From NCBI GenBank assembly GCA_964016885.1, contig OZ024740.1:85188001-85252000 (forward strand): a stretch of 64,000 bases of DNA, given 5' to 3'. The position numbers and the translations under genes were made by a program. The stretch is from Eledone cirrhosa (taxonomy: Eukaryota). Below, piece by piece: positions 1-14,824 of this stretch. The stretch's first letter is position 1; each line of letters opens with the position of its first letter. The notes under the pieces were generated by a model. The model had not been told where the DNA came from. It did no database searches and saw only the letters and a list, made by a program, of their open reading frames with translations.

Positions 1-42
1 TTGCATACGCGCAGTTATGAACTGATGCACGCACACGTTCAT

Positions 43-235
43 GATTTATTTATCTATTTAACTGTATATTTATTTATTTATTTATTTATTTAGTTACTTT
101 ATTTACTTATTTATTTATTTATCCATTTATTTATTTATTTGTTTATTTATTTACTTATTTACTGGTTTATTTGTTTATCTGTCTGTTTGTTTGTTTGTTT
201 GTTTGTTAGTTAACTCATTCATTTATTTATTAATT
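43..235. repeat. Degenerate (TTTA)n/(TTTG)n microsatellite
   Basis: Runs of tttatttatt / tttgtttgtt are directly visible. Confidence 0.9.
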
Positions 236-598
236 TATGAGTGAATGATTAGGTAATGAATAGATAAGGGATAAAAGATAGGTAACGAATAGTGAATGGT
301 AAATAGTAAGTAATAAATAATAAATAGTAATTAATTACTTGATGATAATATTAATAACTTAATAGTGACATTAATTATTTTATCCTCTATCAGGCCCAGT
401 TTAAAATTTTAAAATTTAAAATTAAAATTTGTCCCACTACCTTTATACTATAGACACATGTATGAGTGCGAACGAGTGCGTGTTTGTGCATATGCGTTTA
501 TGTGTACTTATTTGTATGTACGTATGTGTATGTATGCGTGTTTGCTTGTAAATGTGTATGTGTGTGTATGTATATATGTATATATGTGTACGTGTATG

Positions 599-672
<74 letters not shown>

Positions 673-699
673 TATATACGTGTATGGGTATATTTTGAG

Positions 700-985
700 T
701 TTATGTTGGTTGTATACCAACACCTTAGTATGCAGGCTAGAGCACTCGACGAAGTGCGCAGGTTGGTTTGGTTGACTCCAGTTCCTCAGTGAATTAACAA
801 CCCAACAAGGAACTGGGCATATCAGAGTATTGACAATATTATACACCTAAACAACATATGTACTTGTCTATACTAATTCAAACTGCCTGAAGAGGTCACA
901 GCCAAAGATGGCTGTCACTGAAATATATATAGCAGTAATAAACGAAGCTAAATTTTAATCATTTGACTTTTATTTAACTTTATTA
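700..985. mobile_element. PLE terminal fragment insert: minus-oriented tail plus plus-strand HHR-bearing segment, between (TA)n tracts
   Basis: Contains the HHR at 882-936 and a tail motif agcactcgac (741) shared with the inserts at 58.3 kb and 61.0 kb. Confidence 0.6.
882..936 (+). ncRNA. Minimal type I hammerhead ribozyme
   Basis: ACTGC-CTGAAGA-GGTCACAGCC aaagat GGCTGTCACT-GAAA-TATATA-TA-GCAGT. Stem I ACTGC/GCAGT, intact core, stem II and a palindromic stem III. Confidence 0.85.
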
Positions 986-1021
986 TACGTGTATGGGTAT
1001 ATATATGTATGTATATATATA

Positions 1022-1108
<87 letters not shown>

Positions 1109-1467
1109 TTTTAAATGTATGTGTATATATATATATATATATATGTATATATCTATATATGTGTGAATGTATGTGTTTGTGTGTGTGTGTGTGTATGTAT
1201 GTGTATGTATGTGTGTGCATATGTATGTATGTGTATGTATAGTATAGTTTACACGAGAGAGACATACGCACATGTAGGTGTGTATGCGCACGTGTGTGTG
1301 TAGATATATATGTGTGTGTATGTGTATGCGTGTGTGTGTGTATATTTGTGTGTGTGTATATTTGTGTGTTTGTGTTTTTCTTGTGAATATATGTATATAT
1401 GTGTATGTATGTATGTGTGTGTGTGTATATGTATGTGTGTGTGTGTGTATGTGTATACGCACACATA

Positions 1468-1498
<31 letters not shown>

Positions 1499-1539
1499 GT
1501 GTGTATATATATGTATATGTGTGTGAATGTGTAGGTGTG

Positions 1540-1587
<48 letters not shown>

Positions 1588-2085
1588 TATATATGTGTGT
1601 GTAAGTGTTTAAACATGTGTGTGTATATATATATGTGTGTGTAAGTGTTTTTGTATGTGGTTGTGAGTATGTAAATATATTTTATTCTTTCCATTCTACA
1701 AAAACACTCTGGCCACCTGTGGCTTGTATGTTAACTTGACCACTCACCCCAGTCTGTGCCATGATTCGGTCTTGTTAAATGTTTAATTTCTATTACCAAC
1801 CCACCTAAATTTCCCTACTATATATCTGTTGAATTACTATTCTTGGGGCTTTTATTTATTTATTTTTATTTATTTTTTTATTTATTTTATTTATTTATTC
1901 TTTTATCTATTTATTTACTTATTTATTTATTTCAAAAAAGCACTCTGGCTAATTGACCACTCCCCAAAGAAAAAATGGCCTGTGCCATGAAGTAGTCCTG
2001 TGTATCTAAATAACCCCCCCCCCTTCCACCACCCCTCCCTTACCACTACCTAAATGTATAAATACCAGAACTGAATATGACACCC

Positions 2086-2136
2086 AGCTTCCTGAAGATT
2101 TCATCTGAATGAAACAGTACTAGTCCTGTAGAAGCT
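2086..2136 (+). ncRNA. Type I hammerhead ribozyme at the 3' end of a PLE-like fragment (~1690-2148) ending in (TA)n
   Basis: AGCTTC-CTGAAGA-tttcatctgaat-GAAA-CAG tactagtc CTG-TA-GAAGCT. Stems I and III pair and stem II is weak. Same family as 25.3 kb and 46.5 kb. Confidence 0.75.
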
Positions 2137-2146
2137 CCTTCTATAA

Positions 2147-2214
<68 letters not shown>

Positions 2215-2275
2215 GGATATAAATATATATATAACGGCGATGAATTAGTTTTGCGAGGTTTTTGATATGAAATCG

Positions 2276-2319
<44 letters not shown>

Positions 2320-3392
2320 ATGTACCTGTAAATATCAGAGGGAATAGAGAAACATATCGCCTTTGAAGGTACTAGAGAGATGATGTTAGCGAAATAACAG
2401 ATGTTTAACATTTTTGATAGCACACAGGAAGTGTTAGCGCTAGTCGGCTGTGTTTCAGAAACTGCACAGTACTGGACTAAATCCCTTACCGCCTCTAATT
2501 CAGTTCCTCTATGATCTTGCTTTTCATCCTTTGAGGCGGGTGTGGCCGTAAAAATCAGTAGTGTCAGTGTGAATACTTTGCAGTGTCATGTCCTGTGTTA
2601 AAATCCCGCTAGGGTTTACTTTGCAATTAATCCTTCCAGACTTGATAAAATCAGTATCAATTTTTGTTTTTTTATCTCCAAGTTCGATCCTATATTCAGT
2701 CACAGTGTATCGAAGTATGTCGAATGTATCAATAAAAATAAAAAAAAAAAAAAAAATAGTTGTGGTATGGACTGAGGAAAATTTGGTTGCAACGTTTAGC
2801 AAGTGTTACGCATGTGTAAAGCATGCATGGTATGTTTGCAGCACTCCGGCTGTGTGTAAGCTTTTATAGTACACAACATAACATTATTTAAAGATCTTAT
2901 ATAATATTTAAGTCTCTTTCTCTCTCATCTCTCCCTCTTTCTCTTATTCACTTACGCTTTCTCTTTAGAGAAGGAGTGATGTTAGAGCTGTGAAATCTTG
3001 AATGCATTAATTTCAACTCGTCTTAATAATAACTGCATTGTTTCTTTCTAGGGACTATGTTGAAAAATAAACCTCATTTGGTTATTCCAAGAGAGTATAT
3101 GTTGCTAGGAATAACATTCCAACACACATGAATCAATGGCGCTGACGTTTCAAAGCTTCATCTGAAGTTGTTTTCAGAAAAGGAAATTACTCTCTCATTT
3201 TACGGCTGAAATTACATAATCATATGCTTTTGGTATGCCAGATATTCTTACAATTTACAAAGGGCTGGAAACTATTACTAAACTGTTGTATTATAGAGTA
3301 ATAATAGATTTAAAAAAAAGGAAAGAGAAGCATTTATTTCGCAGTTCCACTGAGAGTACGGTTTATTGTTTTCTTTTATTAGACAGAGGAAT

Positions 3393-3592
3393 GGCGGTGG
3401 ATTGGCAGTATTGGTAGAGCGTCGGAAAACATGCTTTGCGGCATATAGTTACGTCCCTTTACGCTCTAAGTTCAAATCCCGCCGAGTTTAGCGTTGCCTT
3501 TCATCCTACTGGGATCGTTAAAATAGTGTACTAGTCATCGACTTTCCCCTCCCCCAAAATTGATGGCCTTGTGCCTATATAAGAAACCATTA
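3393..3592 (+). mobile_element. tRNA-derived SINE
   Basis: A-box-like TGGCAGTATTGG, B-box GTTCAAATCC, conserved body GCCTTTCATCCT..GGG.TCG.TAAAAT, tail GGCCTTGTGCC..AGAAAC. More than 15 copies in the window. Confidence 0.85.
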
Positions 3593-3858
3593 TTTGCGTT
3601 CTTATTTCAAATCCTACCATATCTTACTTGGGTGGTAGACTTATTCCATCATCTGGTTTAGCACCTCCTCCTACTCTTTGGATACCTGTTATGGAGTCTA
3701 CTCTGTGGCTAGCATTCAGGCAAATCTTCCTTACTCCCTTAGTCACGGAGGTACTAAAAAGTATCATGGGCACACCCCTACCCCTTTCTGATTAAACAAA
3801 CAGAAACAAAAGTAGTTAAATATCTGCTGAAGCTCATATGCATATGGTTAAATGATGT

Positions 3859-4315
3859 TCGGTGAATTGGCAGTATCGGTAGAGGGTTGGACGCCATGCT
3901 TTACGGTCTGAGTTCAAATCCCGCCGAGGTTAACTTTGCCTTTCATCCTTACGGGGTCGATAAACTAAAGTACCAGTAATATACTGAGTATTGCTGGCCT
4001 TGTGCCAAAAGTAGAAACAATTATTAAGGGCGATGGATTGACAACATCGGTAGAGCATCGGAAAATTTTCTTTGTAATATATAGTTACGTCCCTTGAAGT
4101 TCTGAGCTCAAATCCCGCAGAGGTTAGCTTTGTTTTTCATCCTTACATGGTCGATAAAATAAAGCACCAGTAACGAACTGGATCGATTTAATTGACTTTT
4201 CCCTCCACCGAAATGGTTGGCCTTGTGCCTAAATCAGAACTGGGTCGATAAAATAAAGTACCAGTAATACGCTGGGATAATTGCTGGCCCTGTGCCAAAA
4301 GTAGAAACAATTATT
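3859..4315 (+). mobile_element. Tandem cluster of the same SINE (two copies plus a duplicated 3' part)
   Basis: Copies at ~3859-4022, ~4028-4238 and a 3' half at ~4240-4315. Confidence 0.85.
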
Positions 4316-4580
4316 AATATAGAGGAAATAGCAAATGAGCTATAACATTTAATTGTCTACTAGTAAGTGTTGTTTTGGGAAGAGAACACTTACATACAGG
4401 TGACTCATCCACCTGTTGGCAATATGTTTGAGATGATTTAAGAACATTCACCTGTGAAGAATAAATTATCTAATAACATACGTAGACATTTTATACATTC
4501 GATCACCAGGAACATTTCTGATTTGTCTGTGAGTGTGTAAACAGCTAAAGAAATACACATGCGTGCACATACACATAAAT

Positions 4581-5411
<831 letters not shown>

Positions 5412-5769
5412 ATATATACATATATATGTATACACTCACACACAAATTCTACACACAACGAATTGTATATTTCTAAATATTATTTTAGAAAACCTTTTCT
5501 TCTTTTACTTTAGCCAAATGATAATTTAAAATAAGCAAAAACATTCCTCACATGATCCATATCTTTTCGACCTCACGACCAAACGATCCTGACTCCAAAC
5601 ATCTTTACTACAAAGCCTTCATTATGTTTGTATAAGTGTTTGTTGTGGTACAAAGGACAAGAAATTCCGTGCAGCGTTGTTTGTGGGAATTCCTATTTAT
5701 GAGAACAGCGGCGAATTTCAATACAACAAAACATTTACATCAAATTACGGACTTATCCCACACCCATGT

Positions 5770-6155
5770 CCATGCCACCACCACACACATACACGTACAT
5801 ACATATATACATACATACATAAAGTACATATACATACGTAAGTGCATATAGATACATATATGCATACATAAGTACATATACATACATAAGTACATATAAA
5901 TACATAAGTGCATATACATACATAAGTGCATATACATACATAAGTACATATAGATACATGCATAAATATATACACACACATACGCACATAGATACATGTA
6001 TGCATGCATACACACACATACATTCATCAATCCATACAAACATTAACACATGCATACACACAAATATATATATATATAAATCCACATATATCCGTACATC
6101 CGTTTCATACATCCATGTATTCTTCCACACACACACATACGCACACACACACAAG
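5770..6155. repeat. (CATA)/(CA)-derived degenerate microsatellite with an 18-bp period in part
   Basis: Repeats of catacataagtacatata. Confidence 0.85.
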
Positions 6156-6330
6156 TGTTGTCATGGGACACCTTGGTACACAGTAAAAAGGGGGAACATA
6201 GGAACATCATTCGTTGCTTTCAGTCAAAACATTCCTCCAATAATCATTCGTCCAAATGTTATTCATTAGAAATTAATGAATCCTTACCCACTCCACCCAT
6301 CAGTCACCTATTTTCATTTCCCTCCTCTTC

Positions 6331-8925
6331 TCTCTCACCCCTTTTCTCTCTCACCCCTTTTCTCTCTCTCTCACCCCTTTTCTCTCTCCAATTCTTTCTC
6401 TCTCACCCCTTTTCTCTCTCCAATTCTTTCTCTCTCACCCCTTTTCTTTCTCAAATTCTTTCTTTCTCTCTCACCCCTTTTCTTTCTCCAATTCTTTCTC
6501 TCTCTTTCACCCCTTTTCTTTCTCCAATTCTTTCTCTCTCTCTCACCCCTTTTTCTTTCTCCAATTCTTTCTCTCTCTCTCACCCCTTTTCTTTCTCTCT
6601 CTCTCACCCCTTTTCTCTCTCCAATTCTTTCTCTCTCTCTCACCCCTTTTCTTTCTCCAATTCTTTCTCTTTCTCTCACCCCTTTTCTCTCTCCAATTCT
6701 TTCTCTCTCTCTCACCCCTTTTCTTTCTCCAATTCTTTCTCTCTCACCCCTTTTTCTTTCTCCAATTCTTTCTCTCTCTCTCACCCCTTTTCTTTCTCAA
6801 ATTCTTTCTTTCTCTCTCTCTCACCCCTTTTCTTTCTCCAATTCTCTCTCTCTCTCTCACCCCTTTTCTCTCTTTCTCACCCCTTTTCTTTCTCCAATTC
6901 TTTCTCTCTCTCTCACCCCTTTTCTTTCTCAAATTCTTTCTCTCTCTCTCACCCCTTTTCTTTCTCCAATTCTTTCTCTCTCTCTCACCCCTTTTCTTTC
7001 TCAAATTCTTTCTCTCTCTCTCACCCCTTTTCTTTCTCAAATTCTTTCTCTCTCTCTCACCCCTTTTCTCTCTCCAATTCTTTCTCTCTCTCTCACCCTT
7101 TTTCTTTCTCAAATTCTTTCTTTCTCTCTCACTCCTTTTCTTTCTCCAATTCTTTCTCTCTCTCTCACCCCTTTTTCTTTCTCCAATTTTTTTTCTCTCT
7201 CTCACCCCTTTTCTTTCTTTCTCTCTCACCCCTTTTCTCTCTCCAATTCTTTCTCTCTCTCTCACCCCTTTTCTTTCTCCAATTCTTTCTCTCTCTCTCT
7301 CACCCCTTTTTCTTTCTCCAATTCTTTGACTCTCTCTCACCCCTTTTCTTTCTCCAATTCTTTCTCTCTCTCTAACCCCTTTTCTTTCTCAAATTCTTTC
7401 TTTTTCTCTCTCTCAAATTCTTTCTCTCTCTCTCACCCCTTTTTCTTTCTCCAATTCTTTCTCTCTCTCTCACCCCTTTTCTTTCTCAAATTCTTTCTTT
7501 CTCTCTCTCTCACCCCTTTTCTTTCTCCAATTCTTTCTCTCTCTCTCACCCCTTTTCTTTCTCAAATTCTTTCTTTCTCTCTCTCTCACCCCTTTTCTTT
7601 CTCCAATTCTTTCTCTCTCTCTCACCCCTTTTCTGTCTCCAATTCTTTCTCTCTCTCTCACCCCTTTTCTTTCTCCAATTCTTTCTCTCGCTCTCACCCC
7701 TTTTCTTTCTCCAATTCTTTCTCTCTCTCTCACCCCTTTTCTCTCTCCAATTCTTTCTCTCTCTCTCACCCCTTTTTCTTTCTCCAATTCTTTCTCTCTC
7801 TCTCACCCCTTTTCTTTCTCAAATTCTTTCTCTCTCTCTCACCCCTTTTCTTTCTCAAATTCTTTCTTTCTCTCTCTCTCACCCCTTTTCTTTCTCCAAT
7901 TCTCTCTCTCTCTCTCACCCCTTTTCTCTCTCTCTCACCCCTTTTCTTTCTCCAATTCTTTCTCTCTCTCTCACCCCTTTTCTCTCTCTCTCACCCCTTT
8001 TCTTTCTCCAATTCTTTCTCTCTCTCTCACCCCTTTTCTTTCTCAAATTCTTTCTCTCTCTCTCACCCCTTTTCTTTCTCAAATTCTTTCTCTCTTTCTC
8101 ACCCCTTTTCTCTCTCCAATTCTTTCTCTCTCTCTCGCCCTTTTTCTTTCTCTCTCTCTCTCACTCCTTTTCTTTCTCCAATTCTTTCTCTCTCTCTCAC
8201 CCCTTTTTCTTTCTCCAATTTTTTCTCTCTCTCTCACCCCTTTTCTTTCTCCAATTCTTTCTTTCTCTCTCCAATTCTTTCTCTCTCTCTCACCCCTTTT
8301 CTTTCTCCAATTCTTTCTCTCTCTCTCACCCCTTTTTCTTTCTCCAATTCTTTGACTCTCTCTCACCCCTTTTCTTTCTCTCTCTCTCACCCCTTTTCTT
8401 TCTCAAATTCTTTCTTTTTCTCTCTCTCAAATTCTTTCTCTCTCTCTCACCCCTTTTTCTTTCTCCAATTCTTTCTCTCTCACCCCTTTTCTTTCTCAAA
8501 TTCTTTCTTTCTCTCTCTCTCACCCCTTTTCTTTCTCCAATTCTTTCTCTCTATCTCACCCCTTTTCTTTCTCCAATTCTTTCTCTCTCTCTCACCCCTT
8601 TTCTATCTCTCTCTCTCACCCCTTTTCTTTCTCCAATTCTTTCTCTCTCTCTCACTCCTTTTCTGTCTCCAATTCTTTCTCTCTCTCTCACCCCTTTTCT
8701 TTCTCCAATTCTTTCTCTCGCTCTCACCCCTTTTCTTTCTCCAATTCTTTCTCTCTCTCTCACCCCTTTTCTCTCTCCAATTCTTTCTCTCTCTCGCACC
8801 CCTTTTTCTTTCTCCAATTCTTTCTCTCTCTCTCACCCCTTTTCTTTCTCAAATTCTTTCTCTCTCTCTCTCTCTCACCCCTTTTTCTTCCTCAAATTCT
8901 TTCTTTCTCTCTCTGCTTCTCAAAT
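6331..8925. repeat. ~2.6-kb polypyrimidine minisatellite, unit ~32-40 bp (ctctctctcaccccttttctttctccaattcttt)
   Basis: Dozens of tandem units. The 406-aa and 885-aa ORFs are translations of this repeat. Confidence 0.95.
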
Positions 8926-9649
8926 CCACATAAACGTATATGAATAGATATATATTCACACATATACACACTCATAAAGTATGTGTAATAAATACGCATC
9001 TACATATATAGCTATATGTATATATACATCCACACATATATGTACACTTATATGAGTATATATGTATATATATCGACACACGCATATATATTTTAATGTA
9101 TATATGCATATATGTGTGTATATATGTACCAAGTTTCAAGCGACGGTTTTGCACCTATCTATCTGAAAATTTGCATAGGCCTAAATCTTTTCGAAGAGAA
9201 TGTCATAGGTTATGTGCGCTTTTCTGAAACTTATTCTATTTAGCTCCGAAAAAAAAAGCTAAAAAGGTTTTATACTTCAATGCATTACCATAAACATTGG
9301 AATATATTAAGGATTAAAAAAAATAATAATTCGTTTAAAGCAAATTATTTAAATCAATACATTTTGAATAAAATCATGTTTTCCTAGAAAACATTTAAGA
9401 GTAAAAGTTTATTCCAGGTTCTACATTTATTTATTCATTTATTTATGCATTTTTATGAAGCTCAATTTGAGCCGTCTTCTGACTTACTTCGATGCTACAG
9501 TTCTGTGTGATTTAACATTTCTTGACCAACTGAAGATTCTAAGCAATATTTGAAACTAATTTATTCAAAATGTAGTGAAATTATAGTCAAGTGGAGGGGT
9601 GATCCTAATGAGTAAAGAGGGTGTTAAGTGTTCATTAGACCGGCATGTG

Positions 9650-11210
9650 CCAGGTTTTGCATTGAGTGAGAAGATACCTGTCAAAGAGAGAGCATTCTGT
9701 GAAAAAAATCTACTCTTATATTTAAGTAATTCACAGCTTTTCAAATTCATTGAGTTATGTATACATCGGACAATTCTAGGCCCTATTGTTACGCTTTAAA
9801 ACCTTCTATTTGATGTCACAATCAGCATTATGCTCCTTTAACTCCCATATGTTGTTAGCCAGCGTAGCTGTAGTTCTATTATTAATATGTCTGAAGGACG
9901 TAGCATGGTAAAAATAACGTTCTTTGGATTTCTTCTCAACCATACATATGTGAGGTTTCTTCTTAGTTGGTTAGCAGATTATGTTTAAGGTCATTTCAGC
10001 TTCATAAACAATCATCTGAATGAGGTATGCCTCGTCTAGTGGACTTGTATTAGCATTCCTAACATAACATCCTGGTACATTTAGTTTAACAGACTTATGT
10101 GTGGTGAATGTCTTCATATTGAAATCACAACTGTAGCTAACTTGAATACAGTTTCTGCAGAAGATCGCCATATAACTATGGTTGAATAGGAAACGCTTGT
10201 GTACTTGAGCTAAGAATTATTTACCTATATTTTTTAAAACATTTTCGAAGGGATACGCAAACCAGATTGCTTTACAAAGTCTATTCCTGATCTGGGAAGA
10301 CTGGGGTGTTATAGGTGTAGGAAATGTTCTGTTCGACATCCCTACGAGCTAAAGCGTTGCAATGGCGAGTTGTCTAATCAAAGATCACTTCGGAGGAAAA
10401 CAGTGTAAATCCTTTTACTCATGTTGCTACCTAGTTTTTAAATACTATGGGTAGCTGGTACAAGAGAAAATTAATTTAGGTGAAATTTTCATTTGCTTTA
10501 TCGTGTTTTGTATGTGTAGTTTTCTAAGGTGAGTATGATATTAAAGAAGATTGGTAGATACAGTTATTTTTAATCTTAAGTTATTAAGTGTGATTATAAG
10601 GTTTTCTCCGAAAGTATCCATAGATAAGCCGTCATTATGTTGTGACACTGCTAACTGGTCATCTCTACACTGTCCGATGCTGAACACCTATGAATTGTTT
10701 GACCAAATTATCTCATACTGGAGTCTAATAAACCTGTGGGCTTGGCGTCTTGATCCAGACCGAGTTTTTGTTAAAGAGCAAGACTTTTCAAATGGTAGTG
10801 TATCTCCTTTGTAAATTTAATAGGGTAAAACTGTATAATATCAAACTGCATGAATTCGACCTCGGGGTTTCTAGCAAATGTTTTTGAACCGGCTGATAAC
10901 TACACTGTTCTAGCTTTGTTGTTGAATCCTATTTTCTTTTCTAATGTTAATGTTGATTCTTACTTATCAGTCCTATTTCCGTTTTTGCTGGGCTTATAAA
11001 TCTACATTTATGGCTGTTTGCAAAGTTTACTAAGCGATCCTTTAAAAGGAGATATGCTTCTTGTTTAGTTAAGCATTCTATCTGCTTATCTAATCTAATT
11101 TTCATAGTTATGTGTTCAGTCTCCCTATTTATGTTATAGTAGGTTTGTGCATTATTCAATACGAAATTCTTATTTATGCTGCTCAGAAATAGTTGGTTAT
11201 ATTTATTATC
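9650..11210 (-). pseudogene. Heavily degraded PLE RT + GIY-YIG remnant
   Basis: Minus-strand peptides KCRFISPAKTEIGLISK, MQFDIIQFYP, (Y/*)RDD and KERYFYHATSFRH...TLANNIWEL match PLE RT/GIY-YIG motifs. Many stops and frameshifts. Confidence 0.75.
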
Positions 11211-11212
11211 TA

Positions 11213-11805
11213 CAGCAGTGGTACCCGGCGTTGCACGGGATAAGGTATTGTGAAATATATAACCGCCTTAACTAAGCTTAGTATTGCCCCAACCACGGCT
11301 GGCAAAGAAGTAAGGGTCTGGTGGTACGTAAATAAGCAACACTGTGGCTTAAAACGTGAGGAAGAAGTTGTGTGCACTTACCAACTGTTTGGGGAATGAG
11401 TGTGAGATTTGTCTTGAGCAAGGGTGGCAAAATAACCGGAGGCAGCAGACAGCCAGACATACAGACAGATATTATAAGGGCACGTTCTGGACGCAGAGCG
11501 AATTGTAGGAAGTGACGTAATGCAGACAGCCAGACATACAGACAGATATTATAAGGGCGCGACGTTATGTGTATGTATCTATCTAAAAAGCGAAAGACTA
11601 AGAATTATAGAGAGAGATCGTTAAATCGCCCAATGCGGTCCTTAGGGCATTGAAAATTTGAATTTATTTTTGCTCAGAACACTCCCTGAAACATAAGTAT
11701 TACATGTGTAAAGTTTGAAAACAGTCGGTTGGGTGCTTCTCTAGTTTTAGGGATTCAAACTCACACACACACAGACAGACATCCTCAGTTTTATATATAT
11801 ATAGA
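11213..11805 (-). mobile_element. Non-autonomous Helitron-like element
   Basis: Minus strand starts TCTATATAT..., has (GTCT)n, and ends with the CCCGTGCAACGCCGGG hairpin plus a degenerate CTAG. Near-identical to 18077-18620 and related to 54450-55082. Confidence 0.75.
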
Positions 11806-11808
11806 TTA

Positions 11809-11950
11809 TGGCGGCGAATTGGCAGAGTTGTTAGAACATCGGATAGAATACTTTGCAGTATTCGTTCCGACTCTCTGATCTCTGAGTTCAAATACCGACG
11901 AGGTTAACTTTGCCTTTCGGGGTCAATAAAAAAGTACCAGTCCAATACTT
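11809..11950 (+). mobile_element. tRNA-derived SINE (partial)
   Basis: GGCGAATTGGCAG...GAGTTCAAAT..GAGGTTAACTTTGCCTTTC. Confidence 0.75.
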
Positions 11951-11991
11951 GGTTTTATTTTTTCCCCCTCTTTCTTACTTCTATTTTCTCC

Positions 11992-12125
11992 ATTTTCTCT
12001 GGAAGAAATCTGCTATATTCAGGCCTGGAAGGGAGATGGGCTCTGCCAGGTTTTAAATAAATGCCTTAAGAATCGCCGTATTTAAATATGGCGCCCCTAT
12101 GACTCCCTCAGGAGTTACGGGACTA
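11992..12125 (+). repeat. Unclassified dispersed repeat, related copies at ~48810-48925 (-) and ~56960-57040 (+)
   Basis: Shared aagaaatctgct..ttcaggcctgg..gagatgggctctgccaggttttaaa...gggagttacgg. Confidence 0.6.
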
Positions 12126-12359
12126 TGCATGCATACATTGTTATCTACAACATAGCGATTATTGGTTTACGCTTAGTCTGAATTGAATTGAAATACCGGA
12201 ATATATACTATTAATTCATTTACAGTATATTTATTTTCAACGGGTCAAATGAATTGACGGTAAAACACACCAATTGTCCGGTGAATGAATGAATGAATGT
12301 GTGTATGATCTCGCATAAGGATCCAGCCGGATGAATTCTAGCCCACTCTGTAGGATCTG

Positions 12360-12965
<606 letters not shown>

Positions 12966-13047
12966 AGGTAGTGGCTTGATGTTCATTAGGGCAAATTTTC
13001 CGGTTAAATAACACCAATGACTGAGATATCAAATTAATATTAATAAT

Positions 13048-13228
13048 AATTGTTTCTACTTTTGGCACAAGGCCAGCAATTATCCCAGTGCATTACTGGT
13101 ACTTTATTTTAACGACCCCGTAAGGATGAAAAGCAAAGTTAACCTCGGTGGGATTTGAACTCAGACCATAAATGGTCGTAACTCTATGCTGCAAAGCATG
13201 GCGTCCGACCCTCTACCTATACTGCCAA
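13048..13228 (-). mobile_element. tRNA-derived SINE
   Basis: Reverse complement of the SINE consensus. Confidence 0.85.
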
Positions 13229-13971
13229 TAATAATTAATTCTCATACTGCCAGCCACTCTCTCTCTCTCTCTCTCTGTTGCCACTCCAGTGAAGAATGGT
13301 AGGTAAACCCATCATCATTCCAATCACGTTCATTTTACTTATATAATAACATAAGCTACTATTTATCTTTTGATGGCCCTTGCACCATCTCCAACATGAC
13401 AGCTCAGTTTAACACCACCAATTGCCCTTTCTTGGCTGCCATCAGCAGAGCCCTCTCTGGTGCAAGCATTTGGGGGAAGAGCGAGCAAGAGACGAAGAAA
13501 CGAGAAGAAGTGGCTACAATGCCAGAAGAATTGGCTACAAAGAAAGAAAGGCTAAGTTGACATAGGCGGGATTTAAAATCAGAAAGAAGAGAGCCAGAAC
13601 GAAAACCGCAAATTATTCTACAAGCCTCCCGGCGCTGAGGGGCTTTTGGGGCTGAAGCCCCTCCAATAATGTGGAAACTAGTTGAATCATCTTAAAGTAT
13701 CTTTAGTCAAAACATTATGTCAGTGATGATTTAAAATAATTTGTTTCAATATACTAGTGCTTTGGTTTTTACTACACTAATTTGTTAGTATGATCATGTT
13801 TTTAATTTCTTTCTTAGTCTCGTGTTGGTGATAAAAAAGCGTGAGCTAATAATATAATAAGTATGTATACTTGAACCCCTCTAATCCCCAAACTGTAACG
13901 GAAGCGCTGTTCTATCCGACGTTATAACAACTCTGCTAATTCACTGTTTATTTTCTCATAAAAAAAAAAAA

Positions 13972-14009
<38 letters not shown>

Positions 14010-14375
14010 CTTTTTCTCATACTATAACACACATACAGTGTCAACAGTTTACGTCATACATCGCAACTAGTGACACATCAGTTGAAAGTTCATTCTTGGC
14101 CAGTTTTTATAGGTCGTGGAGAAGATATATGTTTATTTAAACATTTTTTATTAGTCTGCATTTGCTTTTTTAATAGTTTTTAATTTTCTTTCTCTTTTTC
14201 TCGGCCTAGTTCTTTGTTTGTCGACGTGCTTAACGAATTTACATGTCATTTTGTAAGCGAGTTATTCTTTAACGTTGTCCAATGCCGCCAGCCGTGGCCT
14301 CCGGTTATTGCTGCACAGGAAACTGTTGGGGGTGCTAGTGGTGGAAGTAGAGCAAGCTGGTACTGCTGCTGTTGC

Positions 14376-14407
<32 letters not shown>

Positions 14408-14824
14408 CACTAAAACCACCATAACTACACACCATATAACAGCAACAGCAGGACTCAACATAACCACACAAGACAACCCTACTACAGCTACCACCAACTA
14501 CCACCCTACAACAACAGCAGTGCTCAGCACAACCATACGATACAACCCAACTTCAACAACCACCACAACTCACACCCTATAACCACGTCTATTAAATCTA
14601 CACACTCTACAACAACATCAGCAGAGCTCAATACAACCACAGGATACAACCTAACTTCAACAACCACCACAGCTACACACCATCTAACAACAACAGCAGG
14701 GGCCAATACAACCATAAGAGACATCCAAACTTCAACAGCCACCACAACTTCCGTAATCATTTTTTATACACAGTACACAGACACAGGATAACAAGATAAC
14801 ACAAAACACACAGGAGACACAAAA

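Larger units (their letters stand above)
458..1670. repeat. Compound (TA)n/(TG)n/(TATG)n microsatellite region interrupted by a PLE fragment at ~700-985
   Basis: Directly visible. It explains the YIYI/VCVC/THTH ORFs. Confidence 0.95.

Noticed and set aside
2524-3240. Possible host exons (ORFs at 2524-2869; acceptor-like tttctttctag at ~3041-3051)
   Set aside because: No recognisable protein motif or consistent exon frame; cannot be supported without RNA evidence.
6155-8933. 406-aa and 885-aa ORFs
   Set aside because: Translations of a pyrimidine minisatellite that lacks stop codons; no domain content.
9525-9570. CTGAAGA...GAAA candidate hammerhead
   Set aside because: Stems I-III pair poorly; at best a decayed motif, so not called.
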